DNA of 64,000 nt from Laetmonice hystrix (lineage: Eukaryota): contig OZ249436.1 in the NCBI GenBank assembly GCA_965235115.1, positions 41,480,001-41,544,000 of the forward strand, written 5' to 3'. Below, one piece after another: positions 1 to 12,500 of this stretch. Below the pieces are notes generated by a model that made no database searches, was not told where the DNA came from, and worked only from the letters and a program-made list of their open reading frames with translations. The translations under genes and the position numbers were made by a program. Each line of letters begins with the position of its first letter. Positions within the stretch are counted from its first letter, which is position 1.

Positions 1-347
1 GGCACAGGTGGGACTGTGGCCTTTACTTAACTCTGGACCATCCGAATACCTTGACAGTATGGTCTGGATATAGTACCGCCAACACCGCTTTATTAATCGA
101 CACCAGCGATCGTTTCACTATATATGCGCTGGTTCCATACGAGGCACATGTCAAACGTAATTCAATTCATTTAGTAACTTTAAGGCAAAACACTCACGAA
201 AAGATAAAAAAAAACGATCTCCCGTTTTAATCACAAGCTTCATACGTTACCTTACCTCACTTCGATACAAAACCGCATCGTACAATGCAAACAGTCGCCA
301 TACTATTTGGCTATACTGCATATATAAACCATTGAAATTAAGCTTAC

Positions 348-530
348 AGACATGATGAAGTTCTTGTAGTGCCGTCCTTGCTCGCCAGCCAAACAGCTGA
401 GCGAGATTCCGCTGTGTTCGATGAGGCCGTACACTCGCCCCAAGAAAGGAGCCATGCCAACTACAAGCTCTTCCTTTTCACTGGCCGACATCCCGTCCAG
501 GACAAGCGACCCGTCCGTGTAATGCCATCC
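348..530 (-). CDS. ROCO gene: exon after the 17-kb intron (C-terminal domain)
   Basis: tttcag|GWHYTDGSLVLDGMSASEKEELVVGMAPFLGRVYGLIEHSG...FIMS|gtaag, phase 0 to 0. It joins ...FCEHEQ to give CEHEQGWH, a 'CEH...WH' motif I recall from ROCO C-terminal regions. Confidence 0.8.
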
Positions 531-3500
531 CTGAAAATAGCGATTTCTTTCGCCTTGATTTAAGGCCGTGTCTGCAGGAAGGGTCATATTCAAGGCGAGG
601 GAATCCAAGTGGGGAGACACATTTCAGAGAGGGAAAGAAATTGCCTGATACTGATCTGGTCAAAAGAAGTCATGTTTGAACTTTGATAAACCGTTATTTG
701 AAATGAGGTAGTCCTCTTTGCACATCAAGGGGACATGCCTGTACCTCAGCGATGTCGAAAACTGAGTCTTGTATCTGAAAACTGCTTGAATCTGTCTCGT
801 TAAACAGATATAGAAGACCTCCACTCGATCATACGATGAGCAAAGGCTGCATTTTAAATTCAACTTTCAGATCGAACTGTTCAAAGCATTTCAGTTGTTT
901 CATAAGGAAGCCATTTCCCCTCGATAAACAGATAACAACTATCGAACGTGTTAAACATAGACAAAAGATGATGTTAACTGTGGCATAAAACCCCTCTTTT
1001 CGTAAATAGGCCTTGCATACTGATGCGCCCATTGGTAGTCATAATATCACCGCATCTCATTCTGCCTTTATAAAATTCTTATGCATTCTTGTTAGCGTCA
1101 TATTTGTTAAAATTACTGGGCAGTATCCCATATATGTACCGAAAATTTCCCCGTATAAATAAAGGAATGAAAAAATAAATAAGTTTTCCAAAATAGACCT
1201 GTGTGACTTTATTACGAGTTCTTCCCTGTGCTGTTGTTCTCTGTTCGGAACCTCTCTCGCCTCCTGTTCTTTATATGTGAAAAGGTACATTATTTGTTTT
1301 TGGTGTCATAAATCTTCGGAGGTCTCTTGACATATTCTCAAGTGTTATCGAAAACGGGTTCCTGGTGCCTGGTGCGAAATGAGACCAGCCGCCTTATCTT
1401 ACAGATGGCGCCCTGGCATCGAGCATCGCGATAATATTTCAATTTACAATACAGTCTTTCTAACTAAGGTGACATAAAAAACAGCCTCACATTTACAGAA
1501 TGAATGTTCCTTGGGGGGGGGGGGGGGGTCGACGATGTTGCGGTTAAAGCCCCATCAGGAAGGCCTGCCTCAACCTATAAAACATGTGGGGGCTCTGAGC
1601 AGGGGGGGGGGGGGTCGACCCCCGAACCCAACCAACCCCCAACTGAACCTGAGCCTCTGAACCCCTCTCACGCGTTAAGCCCGTTTCCCATGTACGCGGA
1701 AACAGCGCTGAAATATCGATTCTTCTATTAACTTGCCCTACACTCTAAAAACAGATTGGTTAGCAAAAAAACCAATATGGTTGATTAGCCGTATATTGGT
1801 TGTTTGAACCAAGCACCTTGATACTTTTTGACCAATACAGTGCATTAGCAGCTAACCAATATGTTTGGTTTCAGTTTCAACCAATAAAACTTGGTCACTG
1901 ATCAATCTCGCACACCCAGTCGACGGGCCTCGTGTTCCCTGAACACCCTAGCCTGGTCCACAGGTCTATATTGACTGTTACGTATATCTGGTAGGCAGGG
2001 GACCAGGCTATGAACACCCCTCTAGATTCTTTGTTCACTTTCAACAATTTATTTACATAAGAAGTTAATTTTGTGTCTAGAACTCCTTGGTTTCTTTCGA
2101 GAAAAAATAATCAACCGAGGGGTGCTGTCAATAAACCTAACGCTCGGGGGTTTATTGATGGCAACACGAGGAAAAACAGGATTTCAACCGTGTAAGATAC
2201 AAGTTACAAGCGTGGCCGAATGGGCAGAGACGCAGACCTATATATGATCAGGACATCCACGGTTCGAATCTCACCAGCAGCGCCCAAAAGGCATACGGGT
2301 CTCGGAGTCAGTAACCACTCAACCATGGCGGCCATATCATGGCTAAAATAAAATGGACATATCCACGTGGATTACTCTTTTAAATTACATACAGGGTTAT
2401 ATCCACTGCGGTAGGCTGCGGAAACGCGCGCGTCACGACATACATGGAAAGCGGGTCCTGCACGCACAAATTTTGGGGCGGACGGAAAAAAATGTATCCG
2501 CGCCAGTGTGGTCTTGTCACGCGTGGGGGGGGGGGGGGGGGGGGTACCTACGCGGAATCGCGTGGCGTCTGCGTGGCCATGCGGAAAGAGTTAAAAAAAG
2601 TTTTCCGTGTCACAGGCCTCGCGCGAAAAATATGTACCAGGCTGAGGAAAATCGTTTTCTGGAGTTGACTCCTAGAACCATCATAATCTCTTTAGGCCTG
2701 TTTTTCATCTACTTATATCCTCTACAAGATTTCACTAAAAATATGCCCCTCAGTTTTGCGTTGCTTAACATAACACTTATATGAAGTCGGCTCCAGTGGA
2801 AGGGGCCTAGGAAATCACATGTTATGTCAGTAGGTCATCTGTTGAGGGAGTAAAAGGGCCTCAGGGGGACACTATAAATGTCTAAGGGGGGAGCTGTAGT
2901 TTTTTGCCTGTCCGTATTTATTTATTTCACAAAGGAGATTTGAAACGTTTTTTTTTCATGGAAAGATGGGATGAATAATTTTTTTCCTGCCAACAGCTTT
3001 ATTTATTTTTAACTTGTTTTAATTTTTTTTTATATTAGATTTTGTTTCCACCATGCATGATGCCAATTTATTTATTCCCCCCACGAAAATATTTATTTAA
3101 AAAACTCTAGGTCCCCTCTGGTACTCTAATGGTGCCCCCTCCCCCTCCCTTTCGTGCTCTCCCCTCTCTCGTCGTGCCACTCTCGCCCCTTCTAGCGAGA
3201 AACCCTCTCTGTCAGGTCGTTCTTCTTCTCCTCATCCTAAGAGCTAAATAGATCCCAACCAACCAAAACAAGGTTCCAACAGCACAAATCCGAGTCGTAC
3301 GCTCCACATACACGATCCTGCAGTGGTCGTTCAGGGGACAATATAGAGAAAAGGCAGCAAAACGGTTGATATCCTCTCTAAGTCTGTGGGTGCAACTAAG
3401 CTTGCATCAGTGTGGTATAATTTCCGTCCACCTAAAAAAGAATCGTTCACATCCTGTGTGGGCTGCTTCCGTGCCCCTACACGCAGGCGAAAGTTATTGT

Positions 3501-6500
3501 TTTCGCAAATTTGTGTGCGAATGTACTAAATTCGCTCGCGCAAGTGTAAATTTCTTCCGCGCCAGTGTGCCCCCGGCCCGCTGATGACACGTAATATAAT
3601 AGTAGGGGTCACGGTGTATTATGACGGACAGATGAATAATATTCGCATTCTAAAAAAAGATACCATGGTCCGTTTAATTAAGCTTAATTTAATCAAGTTT
3701 AATTAATTAAAGCTACAAAAGCTCACCTATATGTGACAAACGAGGGCCTTAGGCCCGCTTTTTTATTCGCTGAAACGCGCGCGTTTCCGCATCCTGTCGG
3801 CGCGCTGAAATATCGATTACTGTAGTAACTGTTGTAGCTTTTCCATGTAAGCGTTTCTGCTTACATGGAAAAGTTATAACAGTTAATACAATAATCGATA
3901 TTTCAGCGCGAGATAGGCTGCGGAAACCCGCGCGTCTCGGCGGAAAACGGGCATTGGACAAGATGAGAAAATGAAAAGGGAATAGATCTATAGCTGAGGA
4001 AGAAATGGAAGAAATGGAAGAAGAAGAAAATCTGCCTTCCCTTTGTTACATATCTCAAATCGTTATACATAAATTTGTTGATGCCTCCCCAATACCAGGC
4101 TGCATATTTATAAACATCCTGCTGCCCTGGTTCGTTGTTTACATGTTTACGAACTACACGACACAGTTCAGGACGCGAACGTAAGCATAAGACTGCTGCA
4201 TAATTCTTACCAAATGCACGAACCTGCACGAAACAGATTATATGTCTTTTCAACGTATTGATCTTATGGTACATATATATGACACTTAATATTGCACACT
4301 ATACCAGCCATACTATGGCGAACCACACGTCCCATCAATCATCCTATGTAAACACTATATCAGGGCCGAATCCAGGGGGGTTGCAACCCCCCTTTGAAAT
4401 CCCCCCCCCCCCCCAAAGAAAAAAGAAAAAAGAAAAAAAGAAAAGAAAAATAAAGGTGTCACAAATGTCTGTCCTCCAGGAACCCTTGAAAAACTTCCTG
4501 GAAACGGCCCTGACTATCCTATTTCCCGACAGTCCCCACTCATCCTTACGACCAGTTCCTCCTGGTAGACCTACCCAAAATGCGATTTCCCCATGCACTA
4601 TGGGATCTAGGAACTAGGGTAAACGTTTCCAGACTCGTCCTCTTCCTGAAAACCGATGAGTCATTGTGAAAACTCGTGTGACGTAGGCTACTCGCCTCAG
4701 ACGGCTCGGGAACAGGCGGATGAGGAATTAACAGTTGAATGGCAGGAGTTCCGGGAAACTCTCCGGGCAGCAGCAGTACGTTCCATGTATCAGCAGCACC
4801 CAGCTTGTTATCAGCATCACACTATTAGTGATGACTATAGACGATCTGTTGCTACATCACCGCGGCCATTATCATTATTCCACTAAAACTATCATGGCTT
4901 AATACGCCTATACACTATAGCTAGGAAAATGAACGCTATGACCGAACTAACATTGTTGTATATATTAAATATATTTAATATAATATTAGTAGGCCTAACG
5001 GAATGAAAGAGAGTGGGCGTATGGAGAAGGGTTTGTCTGGTATAGCAGGGGCGTAATTGTTCCGACGCGTGGGGCAAACCATCCATATGCCACCCATTCT
5101 GATTTCATCGTTTGAAACTTTTTCCCTCTACAAAAAGGTCCTGTCCTTGGTACGAGCTGACCCAGCGGTCGATTAGGATATCTGGCTGTGGTAAGCCCCG
5201 CCTTCCCTGTGACATACTGATCACATCGTAAGGACTTTCCTATCGGTCACAATCGGGAAGGATCCCTTTGTGGTCCTCCAAGATCTAACACCAACCGATC
5301 ATAGAGATTGAGATATGGCCGTGCTTCAGTGGAATGCTCTATTTATACTCTCGCCCAATCAACATTCCAAAAGGGCAAAAAGGTACGAAAGGACTAACAA
5401 TAGAATTACGTGTAATCACGATATTGCACTTTTCAGTTAGCCACGAACTTATTATGATATTGTGCAAAGGTAGATCTATGCGATGACTTACGCCTATGTG
5501 GAAATGGGCCTATTTCTATTGTATACATCTTACAACACTGTCTACAGTATATCTGGCACAAGCACCAAACTTAAAGGCAGGATAACCACCCACGGCAAAT
5601 AAGGTTTCGTAGACCAAATGAAACACCAGCATTTACCTCAGGGTAATAAATGACACAATTACGTTGTCTGAATGAAGTAATTAACGTGTAACCGCCCGAT
5701 GTGTGACGCCGCTGGTTCTGCTTGTGTGTTCAACACCTTGGACATTTACAAACGTTGGGACTCCAAACATCGTGTAGACAAGGTCTGTGAGCAGAGTAAC
5801 ACGTAATGTTACGCAATACACCGCGGTGTGCAGCATTCGGCTCTGATGAACACACAAGAAGGTCAAGGTCAGAACCAGCGGCGTCATACATCAGGCGGTT
5901 ACACGTTAATTACTTCATTCAGACAACGTAATTGTGTCATTTATTGCCCCGAGGTAAATGCTGGTGTTTCATTTGGTCTACGAAACCTTATTTGCCGTGG
6001 GTGTTGTCCCTGCCTTTAGATACAAGGGGAAACCTCTCAATACGATACACTGACGAGTATTTTGTGACCTGTTCAACAAGTTTTGCCCACACTGTGACCG
6101 TAATCGTGAATTTGAAGCATTGTGATTCATTGACAAGAAGAGACCGAGGTTTTCTCTAAAAAAAAACAATATTGTAAGCAATATATCTTTAAGCCCCCTG
6201 AAACGCCCTCGCAATGATTTACAAACTGTCAAGACAGTGGCGTCTATACCATTCCAATATCTGAAATAACATGTAAAGTATAATAATGTTTCAAACCGGC
6301 ATGTTATCACATCAACGGTAAGCTCTTCAACCCCTAATCTAATAAAAGCTACACCCACTAGATAAATATCCTGACACCTTATATAAGGGCATTGCAAACG
6401 CGGTATTTCCCAGTCTGGCACTCCATGACCGATCCTATTGCTGGCATCATAAATCAACTCATAATTTCATTACGCTGCATTTTCTCACATAAATAGGACC

Positions 6501-9500
6501 CTAATTTAGAACAAATATTTTTATCTTTGTTTATATAAGACGAACATGTGGGGGTTTTATTGGACTGATGGTGCAAGTGGGTTGGCTGTGACTAAGTGGG
6601 TTTTACGCGGCACGCCCAATTTTTATTAACTCCATTGCAAGTTTCAAAACAAAACAGGTCCTGTTTTTTTTAAAAAGACCTAAATCGGGCCTCGCCTGGT
6701 CGGATTTTCAATTTATAAATCCCAAATACAGGCACGATTGATTTGTTCCTGAACTTAGAAACTATTAAGTCTTTTATCCTTAAATTATCTGGAGGCTTTT
6801 ATTTTTCGAGGCACCTTTCATGAACTTCAGAAACTTAAGTAGGGTTTCTGGGAATTGATATGCCTATCGAATATACATGAAAGGTGCTTTTCGTCTCGCT
6901 CAGAATGGCATTTCTCCTATCATACATTATGAACATACTATTAGAAAAATTTCTACCGATACTATTGTCGTCCCGCTTAACCGGTGTAGGGGTGGTTTCG
7001 TGTTGTGGGGGGAGACTAGCGTGAGCAAGCGGGAACGACACAATTAATAATAGGAGGGTAATAATAACGTAGGATCCGTGAGTTAGAGAGAATAATTTAA
7101 TACGAGTAGAGCTTACGAGAGGTTGTATAAATGCCCAGTACAAGTGTGACCGTCAACAATGTGAGAAGCTGACTTACCGGAGGAGTGGAGTGGCTGGTGG
7201 CTGACGTGAATGGTGATGGTGACTGTGTGTCTCCTATGTATCTGAATGTCTATGTGTGTCTATGGTCTATCTGTGTCTATGTTCTATCTGTCTGGGTAGG
7301 ATTTTTGTGGGACTTATATACTGTGGGTACAGTGCATGGTCAAGTATGAACCCTGCCCTGCACCCACGTGCTGCCCACGGTGAGAGGGGGGGTGTGGTTT
7401 CCCAGATCATGCCCTTATCTGGAGGGGCAAAGGGAGGACCAGCGGCCGACCCCCAAAATACGTGGAATCACGTCAGAGGTGACCACTGGTCAGTTGATGT
7501 CCCTACCATATAAGGACTGGGGTAGGTGTTAGGGGACCAGGGATCTCATGCTGGGGATTTTCCGTTGAGCCACCGTATATCCACTCCACATCCTCCCAAG
7601 ATTAAAATAGAGATAGGTCTACATATTTCTGACCTGTGTGTGGCCTCTGCATACCACTCTCAAAATATTACGATGTCTGCTGCAGAGAAGATACATATAT
7701 ATATATATATCCACCAAACGTGGAAACATGAAATATTAAGGATAAAACAGATTAAGAATAAAATATAGAAAACATTAAATTATACTTGATGATATCACTC
7801 CGGTTGTTAGAAAAGTTCGGTCTCCGAACGTAAAGTCATTAAAACTAGCTTGCACTGTGTCCTTCACAGATGAAAAGGAGGTCTGAAGATAGACCTTTAA
7901 AAGTTTTATAAGTCCACAAGAAAAATTAAATGTTCCATGCTTCGAGCCGAAGCTAAAAAAACGCATTGATACAATAATAATAATATATATAAATGGAACT
8001 GAAGTCCTTGAGTCGGCATAGTCCACCGAGGGTTCACAGTTGTGCTGGCAACTGGCGAATGTCCGTATGCGACTGGAGAATTGTCCATTGTTCGTTATGA
8101 CCTTGCTTGGTCAAAGTTTGCACCAAGAAAACAAAAGCACACAAATTATCAATAAACACACTTGTCGTGGACATATGTCCAGTCCAAAAGGTAAGGAGTC
8201 CACATGAAGAAGTCACAAAATATAAATGTGACACTTGAAGAAGAAAAAAAACAACACCAAATTACCAGAGGCAGACCCTCTGTCGCATTACACATAATTG
8301 AAATATGACTCGTCAACAGTGGCAAATACAAAAGCTAAAATACCTTAAAACCTAAAAATATCTAAGTTGAACGTGGTAGTTCAGGATACATAGCATTACA
8401 TGTTTGGGCACACAGGGGTATATAAACGGATCTACGCCCATGGTCCATCAAGAAATGGGCCTCATAAGGTGAGCGAACAAGTTTCCTAAGGCGGTAGGCA
8501 GTAAGGGGTGAGATGGTTATTACAGTTGGCATTTCAATGGTCTCATCCGTTAACAAGTTTGTAACCTTTAAGTTATCCCAAGTAATAAGAATCTTTGGGA
8601 GAAGAGTACCCTGGATTTCCAGTTGTTTTAAGACGCTAGCAGCAGTAAAATTATAGAACTTGGGACAAAAAGGTACTGACACAATCGGTATTGTGATACT
8701 TTTATCCCTATCACAAAATTCTATACCAATGAGGTTGCCAGGCTGCATGTATAGCCACAGAAACAAAGAATCAAAAGCCATAAAAATCCTCGACTGCGGG
8801 ACGATGACGATGTGGGCTGTCGTGCCATCATGGGCCCTGATGGCCACTCTGGAGAGCAAGCAGAAGAAAGCGGAATATGAGTTTTCAATGTTGTGAAGGG
8901 AACCAGCCCTAATTGTTGAAAATGGTAATGGTGAGAAAAAAAAAATTCCGTCTTACACCACTTGTCTCGAGTGTTGACTTTCTACAAGTCCTCTCCCTTG
9001 TGCAGTTATGAGGAAGGCCGATCCACATTACCATTTATAATGTTTTTGGATCATTATTCTGGGACATTTAATTAGCCTGAACTATTATCAAATTATTGCG
9101 AAACTCTACATTCCTGTAACAAGGATTTCTGTTTGAACTTTTTCGCTTTTCCAGTGTTTGTGAACTTAGCATGAAAATCTGCTATCATGTTTGGTGGAAC
9201 ATCGTTTGGAAGCAGCCATTGTGGTGACTGTCCTTCTAATCGAACTTTATAAACCTTTTTCCCATTTTGATATCCTGCTTTAAGGATCTTAATTGGTTTG
9301 GGTGGATTAGGATAATTCATAACATCATGTGTTACATTGGAAGTTGGGTCACTCAGAATGTTTGGGGGTACAGTTGTGGTATTTGACTGTGGAAGGGTCT
9401 GATTATTGTCAGGTTCCATTGTCTCAGGTGGAGGTTCTGAAGTAACACATGGTTTCAGCCTGTTACCATTCTGACGATTTGGTAATGGTTTGTGGGATGA

Positions 9501-12500
9501 CGTGTTACGCAGAGTGTATGTATTATTGTCATGGACCTGTTCTATATAGTATGGTCCTTTCCATGGTTTGTGCAGTTTTGAAGACAAACCAACTGGGACC
9601 TTCTGGTCTCTAAGCCACACCAATTGGTTGACTTTGAATCGTGGAGGCTCTGTATCTTTATCATAGTAACTTTTGTACTGAGTTTGATGTTTCTCAATGT
9701 TACTTTTTGCAAGTTCATGGATTCGACGGATGTGTCCCAGTGTTTTTGTCAAGTAATTCTGTACAGTTGTGGGAAGATTCGGTTTAGGTTCCACTATTCT
9801 GTCAATGGGAAGAGACATATCTTCACCAAAGAGTGTATAGAATGGGGACATTCCTGTTGATCGAGCAGCTGGTGTTGCACGGTAGCTCATGAGAATTCCT
9901 GGCAAATATGTATGCCAATCTGATTGAGTTGTGTCCACATATGCTCTCAATCCTTGTGCAATTACTGCATTAAAACGTTCACAGGTTGCATTCGTTTGTG
10001 GGTGGTAAGGGGATGTGTGAATACGTTTTACTTTGAAAAGTTCACACAAGGAAGCCACAAGCATGGATAGGAATTGTTTTCCTCTATCTGATACAAGAGT
10101 TTTTGGAGCGCCATAGCGGGTGAATATTTCTTCATACAATACCCTTGCAACTGTTTTTGCATCACTTGACTCAAGTGGAAAGGCTTCTGGCCAACGTGAA
10201 AATGAATCAACTATTAAAAGGATGTATTTATGGTTGCCAGAACTTTCACGAAGTGGCCCCAAGAAATCAATATGCCATCGTTCAAAACGACCAACAATGG
10301 GCATAGGCTTGAGAGGTGCTGGTCGAGAGTGTCTGTGGGTCTTTGCTTGTTGGCAACTGGCACAACTGTTGACCAAATCTTGAACATGCGTATACATATT
10401 GAACCAAAAATACTTTCGCCTTATGGCATCATAGGTTCTGTCAAAACCTTGATGACATCCCCCCAAGAGATTGTTGTGATAGTGTTCCATAACACTAGAT
10501 CTTAAGTCTCCAGGAGAGACTTTTCCTTCTTCTGGTATAACTAACTGTAATTTAATTATTTCTGTGCCTGTAGGATCTACACCAAGATACAGTTGATGAT
10601 ACAATAGACCATCTTGTACCTTAAACTTGGCTAGATTGGCGTCTGTGTAGCCTTCTGGTTTGTTTTGATTGGTCAGAAGATACTTTAGAATCTTTCCTGT
10701 TTTTCCAGTTTGTTGTTGCCTTTTTATATCGGCTTCAGAAGTGAGTTGTAACTGGGTTTGTTCTTGTGCATCAATTTCTGCATTGATGTCTATGGCAGCA
10801 ATTTGAGTTGATAGGTTAGGCATAGCATCTGGTTGAAAAAGATGTTCACTCAGAGCAGCTAAGTGTGGATGAATAATTTCATCAACATTACCGGTTTCCG
10901 TCTCTCCAGGTTGGAAAGAATCAGTTTGACATGCAACGGAATGGGATAGTTTTGCTTTAATGTCTGTAGTGATGTCATCAGTACGAGAAAGAACATCTGC
11001 ATTAACATTTTCAGCGCCCTTACGGAAAACAACATTATAATTGTATCCCGCAAGTTCTAGAGCCCATCTGGCTAATCTGCCAGTGCCTCCTTCATTTGCT
11101 TTTATGTAGGTCAAAGCTTTGTGGTCGGTAACAATATCAAAATCAGATCCGATTAAATATGTCCTGTATTCTCTGATTCCTTCAATCACTGCTAATCCTT
11201 CACGTTCAGTGATGGAATATGCTTTCTCATCACGTCTCAGTGATCTGCCACCATAGGCCAGTACACGGTCAATACCATGTTTGTCCTGCTGAGATAAAAT
11301 AAAACCTAGGCCAGTGCCACTGGCGTCACAGGTAATGGTGTACTTACGTGTGGGGTCAGGGAAACATAACATAACTGGGCCTGTCAATCTATCCTTCAGT
11401 GTCTGGAAGGAGTGGGCACACTCTTCTGTCCAGCTGAATGGTGTGTTCTTGATCAAGAGATCATTCAATGGTGCACGAAGTTTCCCAAAATCTTTTATGA
11501 ATCGCCTATAATAATTGCACAAGCCTAGAAATTTTCTGACATGGCGAGGATTGGTAGGTGTAACAAAATCTTTAACAATTCTGATTTTGTCTGGATTTGG
11601 GCGAATTCCATCCTTTGATAGAATGTGACCTAGATATTTGACAGATTCTTCACCAAATTTGCATTTACTCGGTTTCAGAGTTATACCAGCTTCTTCAAGG
11701 CGTTTGAAAACTCGTTCAAGGTCTTTTAAATGTGTTTTAAAGTCAGGCGAGTGGACGATTATGTCATCGACGTAGACGAAGGCACAGTCATAGAGAGTAT
11801 CTCCAAGCACTTCAGTCATGGTTTTCTGAAAAGTAGCTGGGGCATTGCACAAACCGAATGGTAACTTGCGAAATTGAAATTGGCGATGTTGGGTAACGAA
11901 TCCTGTTTTGTGTTTTGTTGCTGGATCGAGTTTTACCTGCCAGAATCCCGAATTTAAATCCAGAAGGCTATAAATAGCACTCTTCCGTTGGCCAATAGAA
12001 TCCCAAACATCCTCGACTCGAGCTAAGGGAAACGAAATTTTCTTAGTAACTTGGTTTAGTTTACGAAAGTCAATGGCAAAACGGTAGGAAGAGTCACTTT
12101 TTCGAACCATAACAATAGGAGATCTCCACATGGAGGTGGAAGGTTCAATAACGTTGTGTTTTAAAAGTAGGTCAATCTGTTTATCTATTTCCTCCCTGAC
12201 AATTGGATTGGCTCTGTAGAACCGTTGAGAGACAGGAGGTGAATCTCCTGTGTCTATCGTATGGGGTGCTACCTTCACTGTTCCTAATTCACTGATGTCA
12301 ACTGCAAATGCCTTTCTGTGTGCCTTTAAAAATTCTAAAAGCTCTGACTTGTTTTCAGGAGATAGGTTGGAGTTTGAGACATCAAAATCAATGTCTTGCT
12401 TTGGAAGTTGAGACTCAGTCATTCCCTTATAATCAAGGCCTGAGAGCTCATCGTTGAAGGCATCCTCACTATTGTATAATATTTCAGGTTGGAATAAGGT

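Noticed and set aside
660..1330. Chain of short minus-strand ORFs in the large intron
   Set aside because: No recognisable motif, no consistent splice phases and frequent stops.
5000..5098. Candidate exon NGWHMDGLPH... as the continuation of ...CEHEQ
   Set aside because: Exon 348-530 gives a direct CEHEQ|GWH join with better splice sites and more protein-like sequence. This one is unsupported, though not excluded as an alternative exon.
5978..6457. 159-aa minus-strand ORF
   Set aside because: Non-ATG start, runs into a MITE TIR, and shows no domain signature.
6835..7768. ORFs of 80-105 aa that recur at 14798-15740
   Set aside because: They lie inside the two LTRs. Their identity reflects LTR duplication, and they have no protein-like motifs.
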